This document shows positions 1 to 14,505 of a stretch of DNA of 64,000 bases, piece after piece (within the stretch, counting starts at the first letter, position 1; each line of letters begins with the position of its first letter). Below the pieces are notes generated by a model, which was not told the origin of the DNA, ran no database searches, and saw only the letters and a list, made by a program, of their open reading frames with translations. A program made the translations under genes and the position numbers. The stretch comes from Eledone cirrhosa (lineage: Eukaryota), in NCBI GenBank assembly GCA_964016885.1, contig OZ024741.1:359600001-359664000 (forward strand), in the 5' to 3' direction.

Positions 1-519
1 CACCACCAGTTTACTGTGTATGTATTACAAGGAGCAATTGCAAGGCTCCACATCACAGACATAAAACAAACTTGATATGAAAACAATAATTAACAACATA
101 TCCATCTTATACAGAATCCCCCACACAACTAGACAATTAATGAAATAATTGGTATAAATAGTGGAATACAATCAGCATAATTATCACCATTTTAAATTCA
201 CAGATAACATTTACTATTTAAAAGGGGAAAAACATTATTTCTAATAAAAGACATTATCTATGGTTTTTAAATTACTTTGAAAACAATCAAGAATTTGGAA
301 GGAATCAGTAATACTTCTCAAGACTGATTTCATTTTCTTCTTTTAACCTTTACATTGCCAATGATTTTCAAAGCATTTCAAAAAATAATCAAGAATTTGA
401 AGGGATTTAGTAATATAACTAACTTTCTCTTTTTTATAAAGATAGCGCTTGGAACATAACTTAAAGGTTCTTACATAAAATTATGATGCAAAGTTTTTAG
501 ATAAATATAAATACTGTAA

Positions 520-678
520 CCCTTTTGTTACATTATTTCTAATTAAGGTCACTGCCTATGATTTTCAAACCGCTTTGAAAATAAAGAATTTGGAGGGATT
601 TAGTAATATAACTAACTTAAAATAACAATTTTGTATTACAGAACCAGGGGTGGTTTCAGATATTTGGTACCAAAAGGA
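520..678. mobile_element. Degenerate piggyBac-like MITE (same family as 14260-14505, opposite orientation); partial copies at ~250-480
   Basis: Begins CCCTTTTGTTAC and ends GGTACCAAAAGGA followed by TTAA; internal similarity to the reverse complement of 14260-14505. Confidence 0.45.
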
Positions 679-1437
679 TTAATGTCACTACTAACAAAGC
701 ACAAATTTTATCATCCTTGCCTTCTGTAACATGTCAGTTACTTACACCAACCCTAAGATTTCAAGCCAATGAGAGTGGTTCTAAGCTAATGGTATCTGGT
801 AATGTTATAGACAGTTGTTAGGGGTGAAGGTGTTAATATGTTGGAGGGTTTTAATGTGAGTATGAACATTTGAAAACAAGCAGTTTTGAATCATTAAGCC
901 AGGGACAGTTGCAGGTAGGTTGATATCATAAGGGTTAAGTTATGGGTATTCTCTTTATGATGTGGTTATGTGTGTGTGTGCATGCATACATAAATGTATA
1001 CACACACTTGAAATGAAATGAACTTGTGTTGATTTCAACAATGAGTATTCAAATTTTAGGCAGTTTGGAATGAAAATGGTTAATGATATAAAAATCTATT
1101 AAAGATCATTCCTCATTTTGGTGATAAATATTTCATGGACTCATTCTCTCTTATATACACAAGGTCTGAATACAAGAGAACCAAACTCCCACTCTCACTG
1201 CCTCTGTCTCTCTTGCTCTCCCCACCTCTCACTATTGTGAGAAGATGGGGGCCCAATGAAATTAACATGCATGCAGCTGAGCATTGTACAGACACGTGTA
1301 AGTAAATTCAGCATAACACAGTGTGTGACATGGCTAAATCTTTGAATTACAGGTACAGTCTATCCCACAGGTTTCCAAACAATTTCTGTTTATCCAATTT
1401 CACTCACCAGGCTTGGGTTGATCTCAGGCTATGTTAA

Positions 1438-1648
1438 CCATTTAGCATTTAAACCGGCTGTGTCCGACCAGAATTATCTCACCTCTTTCTGTTCAAACCG
1501 GCTGTAACCGATCACTCATGTAGATGTTAAATATTGTTCTCAAAATAAATAATATCAAAATCTCATTGATTCGATATTATGTGAGATAATTATATGAGAT
1601 ACCATGAAAATATAATGGTATATATAGAGTAATGTAAATGCTAAAAGG
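1438..1648. mobile_element. piggyBac-type MITE inserted into an older SINE
   Basis: TTAA at 1434-1437 and 1649-1652; TIRs CCATTTAGCATTTA / TAAATGCTAAAAGG match 13/14; SINE-like sequence resumes on both sides. Confidence 0.7.
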
Positions 1649-1974
1649 TTAAACGACACTTATCCAAGATGCTAAGTTGTGCGGTCACACAAGTGGTAGC
1701 TTATGAGTACAAATCAAAATTCTTAACCCTTCATATGTATGCAATAAAATTTATAAATTTCATTGCACAACAATAACATTATTATCATCTATATCAACTT
1801 TTTGATGGTGGCATGGGTTAGACAGGACATTTAAATGCAATATTTTACAATTGGTTACCCTTCCTAGTACCAAACCTTTTAGCTGCATCTTGCAACATGC
1901 AAAGATACAGTGTACTTATTCTAAACATGGACAACATAAAACAGAAATATATGATATATATATATATACATATA

Positions 1975-2072
1975 TAGAGTGTCCCCGAAAAATGTATACA
2001 TATTTTGATTACCTGTACAGGCAATATTTATTAGAATGCTGTTGAAGTGTGTATACGTTTTTGGGGGACACC

Positions 2073-2075
<3 letters not shown>
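1975..2075. mobile_element. Tc1/mariner-type MITE (~100 bp)
   Basis: Imperfect ~26-bp TIRs TAGAGTGTCCCCGAAAAATGTATACA / TGTATACGTTTTTGGGGGACACCCTG, flanked by TA within a (TA)n tract. Confidence 0.65.
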
Positions 2076-2119
<44 letters not shown>

Positions 2120-2122
<3 letters not shown>

Positions 2123-2305
2123 TCATCATCATCATCATCGTTTAACGTCCCTGTTCCACGCTTGCATGGGTTTGGACGGGGGTTTTCCCACTTGAGGCAA
2201 GAGTGGTTGTCTTGCTCGCATAGGACTGTCTGGCAAGTTTTCTACAGCTGGATGCCCTTCCTAACACCAACCACATTTACAGTGTGGGGCTGGGAGGTTT
2301 TTACT
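2120..2305 (-). mobile_element. RTE LINE family B, 3' terminal fragment
   Basis: Matches the 3' UTR that follows the RT-C-terminal coding fragment at 33503-34335; ends in a (TGA)n tail. Confidence 0.75.
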
Positions 2306-2817
2306 GTATGCATACATATATATATATATACATACATATATATGTATACATACATATATATACATACACACATAAATATATATATATATTAATATACATA
2401 CATACATACATATACATACATACATGCATATATATATATACATACATACATACGTATATATATATGCTAATTATGATGTGCAGAAGCAGCTTAGAGCTAC
2501 ATTGAAGAATAAACTACTCAAACAGCATGGAGTTACTACTCTATACTTCACCACCCCTCTAATAAATAAACAAATAAATAAGAATAAGATACCTAGCTGA
2601 AATTGAGAATCATAAGATAATACTTGATAAGCTGCCAAGGATCTAGATGCTGTCTTACTTAAGACATTTTTTGTATATAAAAAAACATATTTTCCCCTAA
2701 CATCTAAGTGCAGGCTAATGTCAGTATAGTGCACCTGATGTGCTTCACTGCAAGGAGAGGAGTATATGCATATATATATATATATATAAGTGTATGTGTG
2801 TGTGTATTTGTATATAG

Positions 2818-2908
<91 letters not shown>

Positions 2909-3762
2909 TACACCCAAATACATAGAGTGAGAGAGATGCAAAATTCACTGCAGCTAAAGCGCATTAAAAAACCAGTTTCCTAAATCGCATCTTTTTACAA
3001 TCCACCATAAAGCATAAACTGCTCAACGAAGAAAATATTGACTTTTACGGTTGTTCAAAAGCAGTAATTAGGGAAAATTTCTAACAATGACTCTGATTTC
3101 TCTTAGCTAGACATAAAATATTTTTCTTCTTTTCATTTTATTCTTTTACTGGGTTCAGCCATTAGACTGCAGCCAAGCTGGTGAACTGCCTTAAAAAGAT
3201 TTAGTCGATTATATGGATCCTAGTATTCATTTTTTTCAAATCTGGTATTTATTTTACCGATCTGTTTTTTTTAATTTTTTTTTTATCAAACTGCAAAGTT
3301 ACAGGCCATATAAATGGGCACAAACACAAACATAAACTAGACACAGAAATACACAAAAATATATCATCACTGTTTAACGTCTATTTCCTATGCTTGCATG
3401 GGTTAGATTGGCTGTTATGTACTAAAGCTAGACAGGTCAAGGGACCACCTCTTGCTTGTATGTTCTGTCGGTTTCTGCAGCTGGATCACCTTCCTTATGT
3501 CAACAACTTACAGCTTGTACTTAATAGCACTACCACCTTACATGGTGAACTGGGCGCTTTTTGTAGAGGCTTCAGCACTATCACCTTATAGGGCAGACTG
3601 TAAAAATCATAGGCACTTACTTTTTCCACTAGCATAATAGGACTGGGGCCCATATCATTAAAACACCCAAAAGACCTCATATGACATGTAACTTCAGAGA
3701 AGACTAGCTAAACCTACATAGCTGTTTTATAACAACAACTACAACAAATAAATTCCTCCAAT

Positions 3763-3945
3763 AATTGTTTCTACTTTAGGCACAAGGCCAGCAATTATCC
3801 AGTGCATTACTGGTACTTTATTTTATCGACCCCGTAAGGATGAAAGGCAAAGTCAACCTCGGCGGGATTTGAACTCAGATCGTAAAGGGACGTAACTATG
3901 CTGGAAAGCATGGCGTCCGACCCTCTACCGATACTGCCAATCCAC
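3763..3945 (-). mobile_element. tRNA-derived SINE, family 1 (other copies ~5953-6138, 6155-6368, 13585-13808, 13812-14025, 22458-22648 on minus; ~5005-5160, 7730-7985, 10675-10880 on plus)
   Basis: A-box-like TGGCAGTATCGG, B-box GAGTTCAAATCC, then the shared body GACTTTGCCTTTCATCC...GGGGTCGATAAAATAAAGTACCAG; many dispersed similar copies. Confidence 0.8.
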
Positions 3946-6593
3946 CAATTCCTCCAATAATATGCCATTAAAAGTAACAAAACAAAAATATAAACAAGGA
4001 AAGAAAGATGGGATTTTGGTGGGAGTGAAAGTATAGTATACCTTTTTGACATTTGAACTGAATTCAGCAATGAATCCAATTCACTATGATGGTGATGATG
4101 GTGGTGATAGCAGCAGCAGTGTTGGTGGTGGACAGTAGTGGTGTTGGAACATTGTACAGTACATATACACCAACTTCTATTCTCAGTTGTGGATGCAGCT
4201 TGGCAAAATAGTTTAGGAATCCTTTTGCAATCATTAGGTCTTAGGTTTAATCCCACTGGTGTTATCTTGGGCAAGTGCCATTTACCATAGTCCTGGGTAG
4301 ATAGATAGAAACTGTGTGGAAGTTTGATGGACTATATCAGTAATTGAAAGGGCTGACTTTGTCACACTCTATATCATGCTGAATCCCCCCAAAAATTACA
4401 TTAAAACTACACATATCTGTGGAATGCTCAGCCATTTGCATTTTAATTTCACAAGCTGTATGTCCTTTTGATTGAACAACTGGAACACCTATTGTTGAAA
4501 CTGATGGAAGTCCAGTCCATCCTCAATTGTAGCTGTTCCATTTTACCTTTATTCTAAATAAATTAAATGGGGAAAGACAATGCTTATGATTTTTACAAGC
4601 CTTAGCAGAATCATTTCATCATTGGATAAAATGCCTTGTATTTTTTCTGGCTTTCTGCACTCCAAGTTCAAATTCCATCAAGACTGACTTTGCCTTTCAT
4701 CTTTTCAGGGGTCAAGTTGGTAATAAATGAATGAAGTTACATACAACATATCTACAATATACCGAGAAGATTATAGTAAAGAATAAATATGGTGCAATAA
4801 ACATGCTTAGAACACTCATATGTACCACATTTGGCCAATAAAAAGTTGCAACAACAATGATAATGCATTAACAATATATTTGATTCATTGTGGAATATTC
4901 TAGCATCAGACAAAATGCTTTGCAGTGTTTTGTTACAGTGCCTTAAGTTCTGAGTTCAATTTCTGCCAGAGTTGAGAAAATAAGTAACAGTTAAATAAAT
5001 CTCAGGTGGCAAATAGACAGATTCATTAGAATATCAGATCGAATGCTTTGTGGTATTCATTCTGGTTATCTGGGCTGAGTTCAAATCCTATTGAAGTTAA
5101 TATTGCCTTCCATTCTTTTGAGATCGATAAAAAACTTACTAGTTTAGTACTGGGTTCGATACTTCTTCTATATCTCTTTCTCACCTCCTCTCTACCATTC
5201 TCTCTCTCTGTCTTCTCTCGAAGAAATTGGCTAGAGGGAGATGGGTTCTGCTAGGTTTAAAGGGCCCTTATGACCCCAATCAGGAGTTATGGGTACAATC
5301 ATACAAATCAATATCTCCCAAATAAACTATGAAAAACACAAAACAATACACTTTCATCCTGTTGGATTGCAGATGGACCAACTATAAAACAAAACTAAAA
5401 ATACAAAAAAAAATGAACAATCACCTGGACATACAGAGGGGCACATTTTGTTGACACAGCCAACTCCAAACCCTGTAATCCCTGCTCTTATATAGTTAAT
5501 AACCTCTGAACACAATTACAACACCAGTTTAAGAACAACTATCTCTCCCACTTGGTTTGTGTATGTATTGATCTGTAACTCCTGATGGAGTTGTAGAGGT
5601 GCCTTAGTGACATACAGCATGTCATGGGCATTTTTTTTTTTTTACTTGGCAGAGTCTATCCATCTCAAGGACTGAATACAGCTGATTTATTACAGAGAAG
5701 GAGAGAGAGAGTGCTAGAGAATAAGTGATAAAGAATTGACCCAGTACTGGACTAGTATTTCTTTTATCAACTTCAAAAAGATGAAAGGCTAAACTGACCT
5801 AGGTGGGTTTTGAACTTGAAATGTACTGGTAGCTGAAATGAATACCACAATACATTCTATCTGACAGTCTAATTTGCCACCCAACTCTGTTTAGACAAAT
5901 ATAAAAAATTCTCATATCCCACATATCCCACATATACAGCAGAAACATTAATAATTGTTTCTACTTTAGGCACAAGGCCAGCAATTACCCAGTACATTAC
6001 TGGTATTTTATTTTATCAACCTTGTAAGGATGAAAGGCAAAGTTAACTTCGGTGGGATTTGAACTCAGACTGTAAAGGGACGTAACTATGCTAGAAAGCA
6101 TGGCGTCCAACCCTCTACCGATACTGCCAATTCACCGCCAGCAGAAACATTAATAATAGTTTCTAATTTAGTTACAAGACTAGCAATTATGGGAAGAGAG
6201 AAAAGTCAGATATACTAATCCTAGTACATGACTGGTACTCTATTTTATCAACTGTGGAAGGATGAAAGGCAAAGTTGACCTCAGCAGGATTTGAACTCAG
6301 AATGCAAAAGACCAGAACACATACTGCTAAGAATTTGAACACTTTAAAGACTTTGCCAATTCAGCACCCTGGAAGCATCAATAATAACTCCATTAGACTT
6401 CGATTACCATGCTAGGATCGACATCATTAAAGAAAAGTGCAGAAAAGCAGAGCAACTATCAAGCTCTTATCAAGTTCATCTTGCCCACCTCTGCTCTAGC
6501 CATCCCCAGGAATTATATATATTCAATAACCAATTGGACAATAGAGAACATGCAACAAGCTAAGATTGTTACATTGTACCCCATACAAAAACA

Positions 6594-6782
6594 CACACCT
6601 ACATAGACATTTATAGTTATATATTTACACTATATATTTTACACAGACACGTACATAGATATATATAGTTATGTATTTACACTATATATTTTAACATTAC
6701 ACACACACCTACATAGACATATATAGTTAAATATTTACACTATATGTTTACATAACACCACACACACACCTACATAAACATA
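6594..6782. repeat. Minisatellite, ~55-bp unit, ~3.5 copies, continuing after the SINE at ~7223
   Basis: Repeats of cacacacctacatagacat(a/t)tatagttatatatttacactatata. Confidence 0.7.
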
Positions 6783-7222
6783 TCATCATCATCACCATTT
6801 ACGTCCGTTCTTTCACGCTAGCATGAGTTAGACGGGTTGTCCTGTTGTGGGCAGTGTCCGGACGGCTGACGTTGTCTTGCTCATACGGGAACTGATTCTG
6901 GCTTGATTTCTACAGCTGGATGCCCTTCCTAACACCAACCTCATTCACAGTGAATGCTGGGTGCTTTTTTTCTGTGGCGCCTACACGTCCACTTTATAGT
7001 GTGGGCTTGGTGCTTTTTTGCCATGGCACCTCCACGACCACTTTGCAGTGGAATGATATGGACCCCAGTCCCTATCATCTCATTTCTACAGCTGAGTAAA
7101 CTGGAGCAATGTGAAATAAAGTGTCTTGCTCAAGAAAACAACACATCACCCGGTCCGAGAATTGAACTCACAACCTTTCGATTGCAAGCCAAATGCTCTA
7201 ACTCCTAAGCCATGTGCCTTCA
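6783..7222 (-). mobile_element. Full-length tRNA-derived SINE with an RTE-family-A-derived 3' tail
   Basis: Minus strand: TGGCTTAGGAG (A box), GAGTTCAATTC (B box), TTGAGCAAGACACTTTATTTCAC body, ATGATAGGGAC hairpin, then ~270 nt matching the LINE 3' UTR at 23600-23865 and 37836-38105, ending (TGA)n. Confidence 0.85.
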
Positions 7223-9249
7223 CATAGTCATATATTTACACTATATATTTACATACTTATATTTTACACAACACCACACACACACATATATAGTTATATA
7301 TTTATACTTTACACAACACTCACATTCATTCACTTATTCTTTACACAACACCCACACATACAAATTACATCTCAACTTACACATTTCTGTTTACTTTACA
7401 ATTAATTGCACCACACACAAATTTGTATGCAACATGCAAATGTTCATATATATAGAAATACACACCCATGTTGATTCTATTGTTATCATAATTAGTTTCA
7501 TTAATGTAATTAGGTTTGACTGATTGCCAATTATTTACTCTGTATCCACACAAATCTATTACTTATCCAATCATATGGAGAATAACATATACTTCTTTGT
7601 TATCATTAAATATTATATGGTATCTTATTTATAATATCACATTATCTGTGTTTATAACCATTAGGAAAATAACATTAACACCGGCATGTAAGATTATAAA
7701 TAACCCCAAAAAGATAACAGAAATAATTTCTGCAAGGGCAGAATCAACAGAATCATTAAAATGTCAAACAAAATGCTCTGTGGTATTTCTTCTGGTTCTT
7801 TACGTTCTGAGTTCAAATACCACCAAAGTCAACTCTGCCTTTCATCCTTCTGGGGTCATTAAAATAAAAGTACCAGTCCAGTACAGGGGTCAATAAAATA
7901 AAAGTGCTAATCGAGTACTGAGATCAATTTAATCGATTTTCTCTTTCCCCAAAATTGCTGGCCTTGTGTCAATGCTAGAAATTATTATTACACATTTGTG
8001 GAATTGCAAGAATCTATTTAGCGACAGTACTTTATGTTCTGAGTTCAAATCTTGCCATGATCATCTTTGCCTTTTTTCTTTCCAGGGTTGATGAAATAAA
8101 GGACTAGTTAAACACGGGTCAATTTAATTGATTAAACCCTTCCTCCAAATTGGCAGAATTGTTAGAGTGTCTGACAAAATGTTTTGTAGTATTTAGTTAT
8201 GTTATTATAGTAGGATGTTGTTAAGAGAAATGGAATGAGATGGTTGGGTTATATATTGAGGAAAGATGAAAGTGACTGAGTGAGAGGAATAGAGCCAGTG
8301 ATGAATATTGTGTAAACTGGAATCAGATAGTTGGATCATGTGTTGAAGAAGGATGAAAGTGACTGGGCGAAAAGAGAGATGGAAATAAATGTGGAGGAAA
8401 GTAGAGGAAGGGAAAGACCAAGAAGAATATGATTAAAGATGATGGAGGAATGAAAGCTAATGAGTTGGTGAGGAGGGGGTGTGCAGATGATCGGGCAAAA
8501 CTAACCCGTTTTAGAAAAGAAAATGACCTCGAAATGCTTGTTGTTTGTTAAGTATTTAGTTATGACACTGTACAATCAGAGTTCAACATGAAAAGCAATT
8601 TGAAATATAGCATCTTTTTCAAGAACACAACACACCACCTGGTCCAGGTATCAAATCCAACACAATAACCACTAGGCCACATACCTTCACTGACATACAG
8701 GTATGATAAAAACTGAACATATGTTGGAGAGGTAGCAAAGGTCATGAGATCTCACATTTTTCCATTAAACATTGTTAAAAATATTTCCAGAGAATAACAT
8801 CTTGAATGTTAAACGATGATGATGATGAATTATTTTTATTTAATCAGCTGGACACCTTTCTGATTGAACATTAAAAATGTATTTTTTATATATATTAGTA
8901 ACTTTAGTTTGACTTCATGGCATCTTAGAACAAAGGTATTTCTCTGAATTCAACTGTTTTTCATCCTTTTGAGGCCTATAAATAGAGTACCAGTACAGCA
9001 CTGAGGTCAATTTTTCTGTTATCACTCTCTCTCTTGAAGAAATTGGCTGTCTTCATACCTGGAGAGAGATGGGCTCCGCTGAGTTTAAATGCCCAAGACA
9101 TAAATTCCATGTAAACTGATGGAGTCCCTACTACTCCATCAGGAGCTATGAAGTATGGGGTTTGATCTCATTAATATCCATTTTGTTTCCAGCCAGAATT
9201 TAAAAGCTTGCTTGTACTGGTTTTAAAAAATAGAAAAAAAAAAAAATGT

Positions 9250-10090
9250 ACAGCTTACACCTAAGCTGATTTAGCTGGGATACTACAAGTTTGTATCTCC
9301 TGAGAGATTTCTTGGTTTAATGATAGGTGACCCAGTCCTATCATGAAAAACAATGAGAAATTATGTTTAAGAACACAATACACAACCTGCTCTAGGAATT
9401 GAACCCATGATCAGGAGTTCAACATCCTAACCACTGGGCCATGAACCTTTTACTGGAGTTAGAAGAAAAATCAACACATAACTACTCAGCCCATTTCAAA
9501 TGTCAACACTTTCATATTACTAAGGCACAAATTTCAGTTTTTGCCTCTATGTACAAGGTGTAACTGGACTCCTAAAAAGCTACATTTTATGTAAGGCCTA
9601 TTGAGTGTTTTAAGGATAGGGACTGCAGCCATATCATGTTACAGCTCAAAGCTGTTTCTTGGGTGTATAAATGATAGGGACTACAGTCCTATGCTGTTAC
9701 AGTTCACACCTATGCACCTCATATTTCTTGGATGTATAAACAATAGGGACCCGTCCTATTATACACACTCATCTCTGCAGGTTTAACCAGATTCCTATAA
9801 AGTTGGACCTCATGGGAGGGGTACTGAGTGTTTTAATGATAGGAGCCCCAGGCCTATCATGTAAATGGAGTTTACAGCTCATACATATCCAAGTTTAAGT
9901 GGCCTCCAACTAAGTTGTATCTCATGAAAGGTTTCTCAGGCATTTTAACAAGGGAGCCAGTTCTATCATGAAGAGAAACATGCAATTATGTGTTTTGTTC
10001 AAGAACACAATACACTACTTGGTCCAAAAATCAAACACACGGTCATATGATTGCAATTTTTATGCCCCAACCACACAACTTCACATGGTT
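9250..10090 (-). mobile_element. Cluster of hairpin-bearing SINEs (family 2) and tandemly reiterated tail modules
   Basis: Repeated module TACAGCTCACACCTATGCAG...TTTAATGATAGGGACCCAGTCCTATCAT, with tRNA-like heads at ~9350-9450 and ~9980-10090. Confidence 0.65.
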
Positions 10091-11982
10091 TGAGGCCTAG
10101 ACCAAGTAATTGCATGTTCTATTTTCCTTATTGCAGTCACATGTAAATCCAACATCAATGCTGAGATGTTTCAAGGCCACTGTGTATATTGTATTAGCAT
10201 TTTACATCATCATTTTCCATGTTGGCAAGAGTCAGATGAGTTGTCATGATCTCAGACATGTCAAATGACCATGCTTTGCTTATACATTTCATTTTGGCAT
10301 GGTTTCAATGTCTAGATGCCCTTCCTAACACCAACCACTTTATAGTGTGCACCGGGTACATTTTGTCATGGCAGCAACACTTCCAATATACAAGGTGTAC
10401 TGGGTACATTTTATCATGGCACCAATACTACTATTTTACAAGATGGAATTACAATAACAATGAATGAGTATTCTTGTAACAACTTATTCTCTTGAGATTC
10501 TTGGCTGGTTTGCAGAGGGCTAATAACATCAAAAGCCTGCTTGAAAGATCTGAGTGAACAGATCAAAATAAACCCAGTTTATTTTGATTATTTCAAAGTC
10601 AATACTAATTTAAATGTTGGGACAACAAAGTAGGGAAATAACACCAATAATTATATAAAGTTTTAATTACAAAGAGTAGTGGATTGGCCGAATCATTAGC
10701 ATGTCGGAAAAAATGCTTTGTGGTGGTATTTCTTCCACCTCTTTCACGTTCTAAGTTTAAATCCCACTGTAGTCAACTTTGCTTTTCATCACTCTGGGAT
10801 TGATAAAATAAGTACAAGTTAAGTACCGGGGTTGATATAATTAACTTTCACTTTCCCTCAAACTGCTGCCCTTGTGCTAATATTATACAAAATTAATTAT
10901 AATGGCTGAAATGATTAAAGACAACTTGACTGAAAACAGTTCCATCACATTTTATTAGTTCAAGTGTTAAACTATTATAATGAAAACAAAATAGTCTGCA
11001 TAAATAGACAATTTCAATATTAGAATTCTTTTATGTTGCTTCACCTGTTTATTTAAAGAACCTGAAAATATATTAAAAGTTCCAATATACAATCACATAG
11101 TGAGATCATTTAATACAGAAAGGAGCTGGAAATACTCCCAAACGTTTTACTACTAGTTATAGAAAAATAAATTGAGGTTTCCTCTAAATGTTTTAACATT
11201 CATGTCTAATATTTCAAATATTTGTCTGTGTAATTGATTCACAGAGGAAACTGGACAAATTCAAAACTAGTAACATCTGCTTTAGTAAGATGGGTTTTTA
11301 TTCTTAGACTACAGACAAGCAGCTAATGAAAATCTTTTTAAACAAGGCATGATTGCATGGTCAAAGAGTTTGCTTCTGAATCACGTTTCTGTGTTCAATC
11401 CCGTTACACAGCACCTACAGTCATCTACTGTAGCCTCGGCTTCACCAATGCCTTGTAAGTGGAATTTGGTAGACAGAAACTGCAGAAGCCCATTGTGTGT
11501 GTGTATATGTGTATCAATGTCTATGTTTCTGTCTATGTTTGTGTCTGTGCTAATTTCTTGTAACTTTAGCAGTTTGACAAAAAAGAGATCAATAAAATAA
11601 ATATCAGACTTGAAAAAAAAAAAAGTATTGGAGTCGATATGATCGACTAAATCAAGGTGAGGCCCCAGCATGGCTGCAGTCAAATGACTGAAGCCAGTAA
11701 AAAGAGATTAAACAATATCTCACCAGGTATGCACTTATTCGTTTGTTTATTACAGGCTTGTTTAAATCGTTAGTTGCTTATGTCCAACTTGACTGATTGA
11801 TATGTATGTATAAATAGTCAGAGTCGTGGGTTACAGAATTTTGGGGATTACAAAGGGCGAGTAACCCAAGCAGGTCACCATAAACAACAGTATTGAATTG
11901 GTTTCACAACTAAAGTTTATATTGGAGATGTGAAGAACAGGGAAATATTTTAGACTAAAGCAGTTGATTTTGTAAACATCTA

Positions 11983-12016
<34 letters not shown>

Positions 12017-12835
12017 TCGATCGTCAGATCAGACCAAAGAAACAAAATTTCCTTTGGTCTTTCCATTGGTTATACTATGTGCTGCTCGTAACATCTGACA
12101 GAAGAAAGGAGCCAATCATTAGATCAGACCAAATAAGCTTTCCATTGGTCATTCCATTGCTGATACTATAAGCCGCTCATAACATCTGACAGAAGGAGTA
12201 GCAGGAAATAAAGTATTTTGCTCAACGATTAGATTGTGCCACCTGGTCCAGGAATCAAACTCATGACCTTATGATCATAAGTCCAACATCCTAACCACTA
12301 AGCCACATTTAGCAGAAGATGAAAAAAGTAGAAGAATGAAGAAGAGGAGGAGAGGTAGAGAAAAAGTAGAAGTAAAAATGAAATAAAGGAATTGTTATAG
12401 TATGAAAGTGGAACAACTCATAGGTGAAATTCTTTATTATTATTTATATCAACAGTAACAACGTATATATATACGTTTCAGAAATCAATGCATTGTTTTT
12501 TTTTTTTGTCTTTTGTTTTGTTTTTAGAGTAAACCTTTGAATTTTATACTGTAAATTTATTATAATAGCAAATACATGTTGAGGAGGGGGAGGGAACATC
12601 CATTATTTGATATTGCATAATTCTTAACATTTTGTCAACAACTTTCAAATTGACAGAAATGGTAGGTAGTAGAGGGATGTAGTCAGTCAGCACCATTATC
12701 AGAGGGGGCGGTTGTGGTAGTGGAGGGAAACAAAACAAAAATGAAAAAAAAAAACAAAAAAAACAACAACAAAATGGAGGGGATGAGGACCAAAATAAAA
12801 AAATGTATCACTGATGCATAGAAGAAAATGAAATT

Positions 12836-13050
12836 TACAGTTCACACCTATGCAGTTTTAGCTAGCCTCGGTCGCATGTCATAGGTTTCTTTAGTGTTTT
12901 AATGATAGGGGGCCCCAGTCATATCATGAAAAGCAATGTGAAATGAAGTGTCTTGCTCAGAAACACAAAGCGCCACCCAGTTCAGGAATGAAACCCCTGA
13001 CTTTATAATCATGAGTCTAACATCCTAACCACTAGGACATGCACCTTCAA
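12836..13050 (-). mobile_element. SINE family 2, complete copy (others ~13325-13530, 15165-15340, 16058-16250)
   Basis: tRNA-like head TAGTGGTTAGGATGTTAGACTCATG, body GAGCAAGACACTTCATTTCACATTGC, hairpin, and tail ending ...GCATAGGTGTGAACTGTAA. Confidence 0.7.
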
Positions 13051-14192
13051 TGGAATAGAATTAAATTAGAGAAAAAAAATTAATGTATCAAGAAACATTT
13101 ATGGAAGAACTTTTAGTACTTTCTGTCATTTGTAATGGAAGAAAGAATTGAAACAGAAGAAATCTGTTTCTATTTTTCTTATGACATCATAGAACAGGTG
13201 GTTGATAATCTGTGGTCACAGACAACATCAAACCCTTCTTCAGTGATAAGGCAACAGTGTCAGGTAAATGTTAATTAGCAGTTGTAACTCTAAACTCAAA
13301 AGATACTATGAAAAAAAAAAGAATAGCTGGCCACCTAAGATGTTATATCTCATAGGAGATTTTTCAAGTGTTTTTTTTTTTATTTTTTAATGATAGGATC
13401 TCCAGTACTATCATGAAAAGCGATGTGAAATGAAGCATCTTGCTCAAGAACACAATGAGCCGTCAGATGCAGGAATCAGACACACAATCTCATGATCATG
13501 AGTCCAACACCTTAATCAATAGCCTTCACTAAAAGGTACTATATATGCCAGTAACTAATTTATTACTAATTACTATAGTATGGATTTCTAATTTAGGCAC
13601 AAGGCCAGCAAATTATAGGGGGGTGCAAAACTGATTAAATCAACCCCCCAGTACTTGACTGCTACTTTATTTTAACAACCCTGGAAGGATGAATGGCAAA
13701 GTTGACCTCGGTGGGATTTAAACTCAGAATGTAAAGAGCCAGAGCAGCATTTTATCTAATGTTCCAGGAAGGCATTTTATCCAATGCTGTACCAATTCTG
13801 CCAAACCCCCAATGTTTTTAAACATAGGTACAAGGCCAGAAATTTTGGTAGAGAGGAAAGTCGATTACATCAACTCCAGTACTTGACAAGTACTTATTTT
13901 ATCGACCTTGAATGCATGAAAGGCAAAGTTGACCTCGATGGAATTTGAGCTCAGAATATAAAGAGCTGAACAAATACTGAACAAATATTTGTTGGATGAT
14001 CTAACAACTCTGCCAATCCACCACCCTAATTATCATCCATAATATTAGCAAGAATTTTAATCACTATAACTGTATTATTATTATTAATTAAAACAAAGCC
14101 ATAATAACAACAATTGAGGGGCCAGAGATTAGATAATTGAAAACAAGCCAAGTTTGGCACATATAAAAAAAAATGACAAAATAGTTTTAGCA

Positions 14193-14233
<41 letters not shown>

Positions 14234-14259
14234 TTGTTAATGATTTGAAACTTGCTTAA

Positions 14260-14505
14260 CCCTTTTATTACCAAACCACATGAAATCCCCCCTGGTTATG
14301 ATACAAAGCTCTTTATTTTAAAGTGATTATATTTATCTAAATAATTTTCCATTATTTTATGTAAGAGCTTTTGTAAGTTATGATTCAAACACCAACTTAA
14401 TGAGAAAGCTAGTTATATTACTAAATCTTTCTAAATTCTTGATTATTTTCAAAATCATTTGAAAATTACAGGCAGTCTTTCATTGGAAATATGGTAACCA
14501 AAGGG
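14260..14505. mobile_element. piggyBac-like MITE
   Basis: TTAA|CCCTTTTATTACC ... GGTAACCAAAGGG|TTGA termini. Confidence 0.6.

Noticed and set aside
7150-7222. tRNA-like sequences here and at other SINE heads
   Set aside because: They have A/B boxes but are degenerate and fused to SINE bodies; not called as tRNA genes.
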